44,694 nucleotides of DNA from Candidatus Roizmanbacteria bacterium RIFCSPLOWO2_01_FULL_40_14 (GTDB lineage Bacteria > Patescibacteriota > Microgenomatia > GCA-001788215 > 2-01-FULL-40-14). This document shows positions 28,554 to 36,298 of this stretch, one piece after another. The translations under genes were made by a program, and so were the position numbers. The stretch covers positions 184 through 44,877 of the forward strand of contig MGAO01000032.1 in assembly GCA_001788215.1 (NCBI GenBank). Direction: 5' to 3'. The notes beneath the pieces are model-generated. The model saw only the letters and a program-made list of their open reading frames with translations. It did not search any database and was not told where the DNA came from. Position 1 is the stretch's first letter. Every line of letters starts with the position of its first letter.

Positions 28554-29063
28554 ATGCCTCAAGTATCTAAATATCCTGTTTCACAGCCAGTATATGAGCG
28601 AATGTTTGATTTATTAATGGAATTATTTACTGTTTCATTGCATAAAAAAGAAGCCGAGGCTCTTCTGACTGAATTGTTTACTCCGACAGAGAAAGTAATG
28701 GTTGCAAAACGACTTGCAACAGCAGTCCTTTTAGCAAAAAAATATTCATACCAAGACATACAATTAGTTCTTCATGTTAGTCGTTCTACAATTGCCCATG
28801 TTAATAGTTCACTTAAATATGGAGGTAACGGTTATATAGCATTTACCAATAAAATTCTTAAAGAAGAAAAAGTTGAGAAACTATCAAGCCAGATTGACGA
28901 CGTTGTGTTAAATGGTTGTCTATTGGAAAAGGAAGCGGATTTTAGAAGGTTATACATCGAGAAGTTAAAAAACGAAGAACGTCGACTTCTCTATAGTCCA
29001 GTGGTTCGAACCATTAGACTATTAGGAAGTTGGCTATTGCCTATAAGGTTTAGTAGAATATAG
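28554..29063 (+). CDS. TrpR/YerC-like HTH regulator (3' end possibly frameshifted)
   Basis: LLTELFTPTEKVMVAKRLATAVLLAKKYSYQDIQLVLHVSRSTIAHV..LKYGGNGY. Confidence 0.82.
   Translation: MPQVSKYPVSQPVYERMFDLLMELFTVSLHKKEAEALLTELFTPTEKVMVAKRLATAVLLAKKYSYQDIQLVLHVSRSTIAHVNSSLKYGGNGYIAFTNKILKEEKVEKLSSQIDDVVLNGCLLEKEADFRRLYIEKLKNEERRLLYSPVVRTIRLLGSWLLPIRFSRI
28993..29021. repeat. 29-bp imperfect palindrome, copy 2
   Basis: ATAGTCCAGTGGTTCGAACCATTAGACTA. Confidence 0.9.
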
Positions 29064-29072
29064 ACTGGATTT

Positions 29073-30074
29073 ATGTCAAACAAAACACAGAATAAAAAAC
29101 GAATTGTCGTGATCGGTGGCGGGACGGGAACGTTTGTGGCACTGACCGGGTTAAAGAAATATCCTGTTGATCTAACAGCTATTGTTACTATGATGGACTC
29201 TGGCGGTAGTAATCGGACTATCCGGGACGAATTCGGCTTGCTGCCTACGTCAGATATTCGCCAGTGCATCGTCGCGCTTGCGTCTGAAAAATCAAATATA
29301 CTCCTACGCCAGCTTTTTATTTACCGATATGAACACGGCAACGGGATCAAGGGTATGACGTTCGGTAACTTATTTATGGCAGCACTGAGCGACATTTATG
29401 GTTCTCAAGAAGACGCAATCCAAAAGACGTGCGACCTTTTTCAAATTAACGGAAAAATACTGCCTGTTACGCTTAAAAATACGAATTTGCAAGCTACTTA
29501 TGATAACGGTACAAAGATTGTTGGTGAACATCTTATTGATGAACCTTCTCCTGATGAGGCAGTGCATATGATCACTGATTTAACGGTTAAGCCGCACGTA
29601 TCGGCAAATCCAAAAGCTGTGCAGTCTATTTTAGATGCTGATATGGTGATATATGGCCCTGGTGATTTGTACACAAGCATACTCAGTAACCTGATCATTA
29701 ATGATATTACGAAAGCGGTTCAGAAGACAAAGGCCAAACGGGTATTTGTGATGAATCTCATGACGAAATACGGTCAAACAACCAATTATACGGCGCAGGA
29801 CCACCTTGATGCATTGCGCCACTATATCGGTGATGCGGTTGACATGGTTCTTGTAAACAATAGCAGTCCTGATAAAAAAACACTTGAAATATACCGTTCA
29901 GAGCAGGAAAATATTGTGAATAGTGGTCTCAAAAATCCCTATCGTACAAAAATTGTTCTCGGCGACTTAATTGATCAGGTGCATCATGCCAAATCAAAAA
30001 GCGATACGTTGAAAAGAAGTCTTATCCGTCACCATCCCGACAAGCTCGCCAAAAAACTGATATCACTGCTATAA
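29073..30074 (+). CDS. yvcK: YvcK/GlmR (CofD-related) family protein
   Basis: VVIGGGTG, IVTMMDSGGS, DIRQC, FGNLF, GPGDLYTSI, NLMTKYGQT and RHHPDKLA motifs. Confidence 0.9.
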   Translation: MSNKTQNKKRIVVIGGGTGTFVALTGLKKYPVDLTAIVTMMDSGGSNRTIRDEFGLLPTSDIRQCIVALASEKSNILLRQLFIYRYEHGNGIKGMTFGNLFMAALSDIYGSQEDAIQKTCDLFQINGKILPVTLKNTNLQATYDNGTKIVGEHLIDEPSPDEAVHMITDLTVKPHVSANPKAVQSILDADMVIYGPGDLYTSILSNLIINDITKAVQKTKAKRVFVMNLMTKYGQTTNYTAQDHLDALRHYIGDAVDMVLVNNSSPDKKTLEIYRSEQENIVNSGLKNPYRTKIVLGDLIDQVHHAKSKSDTLKRSLIRHHPDKLAKKLISLL

Positions 30075-30081
30075 TACATGC

Positions 30082-30804
30082 ATGGATATTCTTATTCTTC
30101 ACGGGTGGGAACCATCTGCAGAATCGGCACAAGAGTCTTATAAATCCTTCATTGCATTACTGAAGAATAAAAAACATCGTGTGTTTGCACCCGATATGCC
30201 CGGTTTTGGAACAGCCAAAGTACCCAACCATCCGTTTACCGTTTCGGATTATGCCGAATGGGTTACTAGATATATTCGCGAGAACGACATAGAAAAACCT
30301 CTTGTTATCGGACATTCATTTGGTGGTAGAGTCGCAATTAAACTTGCAGCAAAATACCCATTACTCATACACAAACTTGTTTTAACCGGTGCCCCGGGAT
30401 TTCCTCCCGTGTCAAAACAAAAAATATCGATATTAAAACTTATTGCAAAAACTGGTGGATTTATATGTTCACTGCCTCTTGTTAGTCTTTTCAAACCATT
30501 GGTTAGAAAGTTATTCTATAAAAGTATCGGTGCATGGGATTATTATCATGCTCAGGGAGTGATGCGAGAGACATTTAAGAACATCATTTCTGAAGACTTG
30601 GGTGAGCCAATGACCAAAATAAAAACAGAAACGCTTCTCGTCTGGGGGGCATATGACTTACTCGTTCCGCTTTGGATTGCACGAAAGATGGAGCGTACGA
30701 TCAAAGGTTCACGTCTGCATATTATTCTGGGTGGAGGGCATTGTGTTATTTATGAAGATCCTGACAAATTTCTTGAATCAGTTGATACAATACTAAGACA
30801 GTAA
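30082..30804 (+). CDS. Alpha/beta hydrolase
   Basis: LHGW, PDMPGFG, GHSFGG, WGAYD and GGH catalytic-triad motifs. Confidence 0.92.
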   Translation: MDILILHGWEPSAESAQESYKSFIALLKNKKHRVFAPDMPGFGTAKVPNHPFTVSDYAEWVTRYIRENDIEKPLVIGHSFGGRVAIKLAAKYPLLIHKLVLTGAPGFPPVSKQKISILKLIAKTGGFICSLPLVSLFKPLVRKLFYKSIGAWDYYHAQGVMRETFKNIISEDLGEPMTKIKTETLLVWGAYDLLVPLWIARKMERTIKGSRLHIILGGGHCVIYEDPDKFLESVDTILRQ

Positions 30805-30810
30805 CAATAC

Positions 30811-30884
30811 GTCATTGCGAGCGAAGCGAAGCAATCTCTTTACTAAATAATATCGCTTTGGTCACTCTATTCCCTCGCGATGAC
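30811..30884. repeat. Palindromic REP/RPE-like element, family A copy 3 (diverged)
   Basis: gtcattgcgagcgaagcgaagcaatc...atcgctttggtc..ccctcgcgatgac. Confidence 0.85.
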
Positions 30885-30892
30885 AGAACAAT

Positions 30893-32359
30893 ATGGGACC
30901 ATACGTTTTTTTCATATATACCATTCGGACGATCCGAAACACACTCTACCACATCGGGTGGTGGGAGACAAAGGAATATCGTTTTGACCGGATGAAAGTA
31001 CATCTGTTTGAGACCGTTCAGGGGAGACGGTGGATGTTTGGACCGTTGTCTCTATTCAAATGGTTTCTTATCCTTCTCTATTCATTCCATTTTCCTGAGA
31101 TGCTCAATAGTGTCGTATTTGCTTTGTACACATTTGAAGCCGTAAAAAATTTGTTCGAATTCATATACGATAAGCGTCCCAGTGGTCTTCGCCCAAAAGT
31201 TATTGTTCTCGTTTTGGGATCATTATTATTCGAACTCTTACTTGTCCTTCTTCTCTCATTTGATTATCCGCTCGGTTTGGCGTTTCTTATCGGAGATAAG
31301 CTTCTGTCGTTTGCCATTGTTATGCAAGTTATTGTCCTGAATTCATTCTTTACGTATTACAAACGGGATAAAATGATGGCCGCACGGGAAAAGTTTGCCG
31401 AGTCAAGGATTACCGTTATCGGCGTAACCGGCAGCTATGGGAAGACGACGACAAAGGAATTTATATATAAAATTCTCAAATCCAAATATAAAGTATTTAA
31501 AACAGAAAAATCTCAAAACAGCGATATCGGCATTGCAGAAGTGATTCTCAGAACCGACCTTTTAAACTATGATTATTTTGTGTGCGAGATGGCAGCCTAT
31601 CACCGAGAAGAAATTAAGTCGAGTACCTCTATCATTGCTGGCCATATCAAGACAGCGGTTATCACGGGTATCAATGAACAGCATCAGAGTTTGTTCGGAA
31701 GCCTTGACACGACAAAAAAATCCAAATATGAATTGGTGAAATCACTGTCTGAAAAGGGGTCAGTTATTATTAATTCCGAAAGTGCTGGATCAAAAGAGAT
31801 GGGCGATTGGGCCAAAAAAGATGGACATACCGTAACGTATGTTCGGAAGAAAGATTTCTTAAAATCTTTCCCGAAAGGTACGGCTCCTCATTTTAAAATG
31901 AATGCTACGCTAGCCGCTCATGCCGCAGAGTCAATCGGGATGAAGAAGATAGATATTGAAAAAGCAGTCGCTTCTTTAGAACTCCCTGAAAAGACGATGC
32001 AAGAAGAGAAGAAGGGGAAAGTCACGTTCATTAATGACACGTTCAATGCAAACCCGGATGCCGTCTATGCGGCGCTTGATTATATAAAAAGGAAAAAGGG
32101 TACGAAAGTGCTGGTCCTCCAGCCGCTGATTGAATTAGGAAACTATGCGGATGCCGTTCATGAGAAAATCGGGCAAATGGCAGCTGATATATGCGACCAC
32201 ATCATTTTAACGAATATAAACTGGAATAAGGCTTTCTTACGTGGTGTTGACCAATCAAAGAAAAAGGAAATAAAAGTTCAAATTGCCGGATATCTTCCTA
32301 AAATTGAATCGGGCGTCATATTATTTGAAGGCAAAGAGGCAGAAAAGTATATTAAATAA
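30893..32359 (+). CDS. murF: MurF-like ligase with N-terminal membrane domain
   Basis: About four TM helices, then GVTGSYGKTTTKE, CEMAAY, GINEQH, INDTFNANP and LIELG motifs. Confidence 0.8.
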   Translation: MGPYVFFIYTIRTIRNTLYHIGWWETKEYRFDRMKVHLFETVQGRRWMFGPLSLFKWFLILLYSFHFPEMLNSVVFALYTFEAVKNLFEFIYDKRPSGLRPKVIVLVLGSLLFELLLVLLLSFDYPLGLAFLIGDKLLSFAIVMQVIVLNSFFTYYKRDKMMAAREKFAESRITVIGVTGSYGKTTTKEFIYKILKSKYKVFKTEKSQNSDIGIAEVILRTDLLNYDYFVCEMAAYHREEIKSSTSIIAGHIKTAVITGINEQHQSLFGSLDTTKKSKYELVKSLSEKGSVIINSESAGSKEMGDWAKKDGHTVTYVRKKDFLKSFPKGTAPHFKMNATLAAHAAESIGMKKIDIEKAVASLELPEKTMQEEKKGKVTFINDTFNANPDAVYAALDYIKRKKGTKVLVLQPLIELGNYADAVHEKIGQMAADICDHIILTNINWNKAFLRGVDQSKKKEIKVQIAGYLPKIESGVILFEGKEAEKYIK

Positions 32360-32451
32360 ATGAAACTGTACGTCAAAGCAAAACCTAAGAGTAAAAAGGA
32401 ACACGTTACTCAAATTTACGAGACTCATTTCATAATTGCCTTCCACGCTTG

Positions 32452-32491
32452 CCCTTCCGTAGTCCTCACGTTACGTGGGGACGAAGGAGGG
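32452..32491. repeat. GC-rich hairpin insert
   Basis: cccttccgtagtcctcacg-tta-cgtggggacgaaggaggg. Confidence 0.7.
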
Positions 32492-32516
32492 AGCCGTCCG
32501 AAGAAGGAATGTACCT

Positions 32517-32544
32517 GTCATTCCGGCCGGGAGAGCCGGAATCC
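32517..32544. repeat. Half RPE-like element (GTCATTCC...GGAATCC)
   Basis: gtcattccggc-cgggaga-gccggaatcc, related to the left arm at 19976. Confidence 0.8.
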
Positions 32545-32672
32545 ATATAATTACTTACCTTTTCAAGTATAACGCAAATTCCTCGCCAAATTTCTAGATA
32601 TTCCAAAATCTTCTCTTGCATTAATTTCCGGCGCAAAATCGACAGAGAAGGTGCTTGTGATATAATGCACTT

Positions 32673-32891
32673 ATGACAAGTATAGACAATGCAAATAGAT
32701 TTAATGAAGCTATAAGCAAAGCGGTAAACAATATATATGGCGATGGTGTTCGACCAGAAAACACTGAATTTGCAGGATGGAACCCGATTTATACAGGTGC
32801 GTTGACTGTATTGGCCGAGACAGGGGAGCTTTCGGCCGCAGATGTCGCGCGTGTTGACCCACAAGTTACCGTTTTTAAACGGTCTTCCTAA
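32673..32891 (+). CDS. Small hypothetical protein
   Basis: 72-aa ORF with TG-A-TATAAT 6 nt upstream of the ATG; no recognised motif. Confidence 0.55.
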   Translation: MTSIDNANRFNEAISKAVNNIYGDGVRPENTEFAGWNPIYTGALTVLAETGELSAADVARVDPQVTVFKRSS

Positions 32892-33005
32892 ACTCCATCA
32901 CTTTTTCATAAAAATTCAGAGCAATAGTGTTTGTTATAGGAATAATATTGTTCACTCAACCAAACTCTAGCTTATCGAGTCTCAAGAGAGTAGAATATAG
33001 ACGCA

Positions 33006-33365
33006 ATGATTAAGCCATCATCTACACTTCAATCCCTTACTCGAAAAATTATTAAGTTCCGAGATGATCGGGATTGGAAACAATTTCATAATCCGAAAGA
33101 TGTTGCACTTTCTCTCATGCTCGAAGCAGGAGAAGTTGCGGAACATTTCCAATGGAAAAGTAATGAAGAGATTGAAAAATATATCAAATCCCACCGCGCG
33201 GAAATCGGCGAAGAACTAGCAGATGTTTTCTACTGGGTATTATTACTCTCCCATGACCTTAATATCGATATCACAAAAGCACTCGATAAAAAGATGGAAA
33301 AGAATAAAAAGAAATATCCGGCTAAGAAGGCAAAAGGAAGGAATGTGAAGTATAATAGACTTTAA
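33006..33365 (+). CDS. MazG-like nucleotide pyrophosphohydrolase (DCTPP1/RS21-C6-like)
   Basis: FRDDRDWKQFHNPKDVALSLMLEAGEVAEHFQW, EELADV and KMEKNKKKYP motifs. Confidence 0.93.
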   Translation: MIKPSSTLQSLTRKIIKFRDDRDWKQFHNPKDVALSLMLEAGEVAEHFQWKSNEEIEKYIKSHRAEIGEELADVFYWVLLLSHDLNIDITKALDKKMEKNKKKYPAKKAKGRNVKYNRL

Positions 33366-33368
33366 TAT

Positions 33369-34508
33369 ATGAAAAACGTATTTCTTCTTTATATTCCACC
33401 AACAAATCATGAGGCGGTGGTGCATTATGAAGATACAATAAAGAGCAAAATAGATCCCCAGAGAATCTATCAGTATGTGAACCACGATCTTCGAAATAAA
33501 CTCGAGAGAATTTTCCTCGGAAGGAGAATTGCAGTGTGGGGTTCACGTGATTCCGATGTAAACAGATCACGGTTTGAAAAAATGAAAGATGGAGATGACA
33601 TTCTCATCATTGAAGGAGATACAATTAAACTGTTGGGGAAAATAGCTGCCAAAACAATTAATCAAGATTTATCACGCGAGTTATGGAAGAACATTAAAGG
33701 TGCTACAACCGAAGGATGGGATCTTATTTACTTTATCGCCAACCCGCAAGAAGTCAATCTCCCATTTAGCGAGTTTAATAACTTATTTGGATATGAAGCA
33801 GACTATACACTAAGAGGATTTACTAACATCGCTGAGGACAGACTTGCCTCATTTTATGAGCAGTATGATGATCTATACGACGTCCTCATAAGAATCAAAA
33901 ATGGCGATGAGGTGATTCGAAAAGATGCCGGACGAATATCGGATCGGATGGTTGAATATGAAACGGTAGTACCAGAAGAGAACAAAGAAGAGATTAAAGA
34001 GGAAGTTTCTGAGCATTTAAAGATTCAGTGGAAATTAATACAACTAGGTTTAAAAGCGAGTACGCGTGTATGGATTCCACGGAATGATCAATCAAAGATA
34101 ACTGGACAATACCATTATGACGAATTTGAAAAAGAATTTACTGCTGGGCTAGATACGGATGCACGTTATGTTGAGAATATTGATGTAGTATGGAAGGATG
34201 AATTTCGAATCGACGCTGCCTTTGAAGTAGAAAACTCGACTTCGATATACTCTGGACTACTACGATTTTCTGATTTGAAAATTGTTGCACCGAACAGTAA
34301 TTATCCTTTATTTATTGTTGCACCACTTTCTAGAAAAGCAAAAGTGATAAATCAAGTAAAACGACCGACATTTCGTAAGCTCGATTTTCATAAGAAGGTG
34401 AGATATCTTTCATATGAAGCAGTTGAAGAGACGGAACGGTTCTTTGAAGATTCTACAAGCGGTCTAAATGTTGAATTATTAACCGGAAGATCAGAAGAAA
34501 TCAACTAA
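33369..34508 (+). CDS. Putative endonuclease: PUA/EVE-like N-domain plus PD-(D/E)xK-type C-domain
   Basis: N-domain AVWG..N..FEKMKDGDDILI; C-domain HLKIQWKLIQLG..VWIPRND..IDVVW..AAFEVENSTSIYSGLLRFSDL. Confidence 0.65.
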   Translation: MKNVFLLYIPPTNHEAVVHYEDTIKSKIDPQRIYQYVNHDLRNKLERIFLGRRIAVWGSRDSDVNRSRFEKMKDGDDILIIEGDTIKLLGKIAAKTINQDLSRELWKNIKGATTEGWDLIYFIANPQEVNLPFSEFNNLFGYEADYTLRGFTNIAEDRLASFYEQYDDLYDVLIRIKNGDEVIRKDAGRISDRMVEYETVVPEENKEEIKEEVSEHLKIQWKLIQLGLKASTRVWIPRNDQSKITGQYHYDEFEKEFTAGLDTDARYVENIDVVWKDEFRIDAAFEVENSTSIYSGLLRFSDLKIVAPNSNYPLFIVAPLSRKAKVINQVKRPTFRKLDFHKKVRYLSYEAVEETERFFEDSTSGLNVELLTGRSEEIN

Positions 34509-34545
34509 TAGTGTATTTACCCTAGTGATATACTATAGGTAGCAA

Positions 34546-35160
34546 ATGGCAATAGTATTTTCTCTTATTTTCCTGCTCACTTTAGTTCTTCTTCCCGTTG
34601 GACTTATTTGGCCCTCGATATTTCAGAAAATAATTCCAGGACCATCGCATAAAAAAGTTGGAGGTATATTGGCAAGTCTTCTTATATTTGCATTCATATT
34701 TGTTGGTGTGACAAGAAATGATGAAGAACGAGTGTCTGTTACCACCGATTCACCTCAGGTTACCAACGAAATGCCGACAGAAGAGCCTAACCAAAAAGTG
34801 GTTGAACAAGAAATGGTACAATCGGAATCTTCTCAGCAAAACGAATTTGCAAGTGAAGGAGTTGAAGAAGACACACCGACCCCTGAACCAACAAATACTC
34901 CAATTCCAACCATGACTCCAACCCCGACTACCCATATTCAAAAAACACCGACGTTTACACCACTTTCCACAAACACACCAACACCATATATTATTCAGTC
35001 TCAAACGATCAACACGGGTGGGTCATATACCTGCAGTTGTAGTAAAACATGTGAGGAGATCTCTTCTTGTCAGGAAGCGTACTATCAATTAAACACGTGC
35101 GGATGTGGTAGGCGTGACGGTGACAACGACGGCGTGCCGTGTGAAAATTTGTGTGAGTAA
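34546..35160 (+). CDS. Membrane protein with Pro/Thr linker and Excalibur calcium-binding domain
   Basis: Two TMs, TPTP-rich linker, C-terminal CSKTCEEISSCQEAYYQLNTCGCGRRDGDNDGVPCENLC. Confidence 0.85.
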   Translation: MAIVFSLIFLLTLVLLPVGLIWPSIFQKIIPGPSHKKVGGILASLLIFAFIFVGVTRNDEERVSVTTDSPQVTNEMPTEEPNQKVVEQEMVQSESSQQNEFASEGVEEDTPTPEPTNTPIPTMTPTPTTHIQKTPTFTPLSTNTPTPYIIQSQTINTGGSYTCSCSKTCEEISSCQEAYYQLNTCGCGRRDGDNDGVPCENLCE

Positions 35161-35173
35161 AATATTAAACAAG

Positions 35174-35809
35174 TTAGATTAGTTTACTGTCTTCTGGTAC
35201 TTTGCCTACATATTTCGCTTGAATAACAAAATTTTTACTAATCTTGGGCTGTATGGTAGGGTCGTCAGTTTCAGGTATTAATAATATGAATTCGTTAATT
35301 TTTTTGTATCTTTTCAAAGTTGTACAGTCATCTTCTGGATCATATGCAACAACAATATCATTGTTATTGGCAACTTGAGAAGGAACAACAACAATTTTAT
35401 CTCCAGGAAAAATGCCTGCAAGCTTCATACTATGTCCACTAACCTCTAATATAAATGCATTTCTTTTACCTCGTAATAGGGATAATGGGAGAAATTTAGA
35501 ACCTGTTATATTGTAGTCGGCAAATGTGTTATATCCAGCTTCAATTTGACCAACGATAGGCACTTTAATATACTCTTCGTCTTCAGCTTCTGGCCTAAAA
35601 AGAATTTTTATAGCTCTATTTTTGTATCTTTCTCTTTTAATAAAACCTTGTTTAGACAACCTGTTCAACTGAAGCTGTATGCTATGAGTTGACTTCGTAT
35701 TCATTAATAATTTGAGCTCCCCTATAGTAGGACAAAAGCCGTTATCCTTCTGATATTTATATATGTAGTTAAGTAACTTTCTAGTATTATCAGATAGTTT
35801 GCTCGTCAT
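35174..35809 (-). CDS. lexA: LexA-family repressor (S24 peptidase)
   Basis: GFCPTIGEL wHTH, VPIVGQIEAG (Ala-Gly cleavage site), VSGHSM (Ser) and TTLKRY (Lys). Confidence 0.85.
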   Translation of the reverse strand: MTSKLSDNTRKLLNYIYKYQKDNGFCPTIGELKLLMNTKSTHSIQLQLNRLSKQGFIKRERYKNRAIKILFRPEAEDEEYIKVPIVGQIEAGYNTFADYNITGSKFLPLSLLRGKRNAFILEVSGHSMKLAGIFPGDKIVVVPSQVANNNDIVVAYDPEDDCTTLKRYKKINEFILLIPETDDPTIQPKISKNFVIQAKYVGKVPEDSKLI

Positions 35810-35814
35810 GTTTT

Positions 35815-35857
35815 TGGTATAAATGTACCACTTGAAATATTACCTCACTTTTGGTAA
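35815..35857. promoter_or_regulatory. Candidate operator inverted repeats between lexA-like and DUF3467 genes
   Basis: TGGTA-N6-TACCA at 35815-30 and TTACC-N8-GGTAA at 35840-57. Confidence 0.4.
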
Positions 35858-35915
35858 AGTGTCAAATAGAATTTGCCCCATCTTTAATGATGGGCTTTTT
35901 GTAGAGGAGGTGAAT

Positions 35916-36194
35916 ATGATGAATAAAGCAAAGGAACAACCAAATCAGCAGTTTCAAGTAAATGTAAATCTTGACACCACACCTATTCTTTATACCGATA
36001 GCATTAATATGAATACTAACCCGGACGGAATTGTTTTAGATATTATGCAGCGATTGGGGCCAACAAATCAGGTACGAATTGTTTCTAGAATTGGTATGAG
36101 TCGGGAACATGCCAAGAAATTTGTAGAAAAACTAAGCAAGTTACTCGCATTAACAGAAGGACAAGTTCAGACAGGTAAAAAATCATTTAACTAA
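35916..36194 (+). CDS. DUF3467-like protein
   Basis: PILYTDSINM..DGIVLDIMQ..VRIVSRIGMSREHAKKF; SD GGAGGTG before ATG 35916. Confidence 0.75.
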   Translation: MMNKAKEQPNQQFQVNVNLDTTPILYTDSINMNTNPDGIVLDIMQRLGPTNQVRIVSRIGMSREHAKKFVEKLSKLLALTEGQVQTGKKSFN

Positions 36195-36298
36195 GATTCA
36201 GCAGGGAAGAAATTCTTTACCACCGATGTCTTTTTAGGGGACAATTGAAATTGATCATCCCAACTTCTATTATCCTCTGATATACTAGTCTAATTCAT

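Larger units (their letters stand above)
32360..32665 (+). pseudogene. DUF167 (YggU/UPF0235) gene disrupted by palindromic inserts and an in-frame stop
   Basis: N-terminus MKLYVKAKPKSKKEHV; after TAA 32570-72 the same frame continues RKFLAKFLDIPKSSLALISGAKSTEKVLVI*. Confidence 0.8.

Noticed and set aside
28523..29021. CRISPR array from the 29-bp palindromic repeats
   Set aside because: Only two copies, 470 bp apart with a gene between them; no cas genes.
32570..32572. Stop-codon readthrough or alternative genetic code in DUF167
   Set aside because: The stop is TAA, the conserved core is missing anyway, and TGA/TAG/TAA all end genes normally elsewhere.
32673..36194. Prophage or integrative element
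   Set aside because: No integrase, transposase, structural genes or convincing att pair; treated only as an accessory island.
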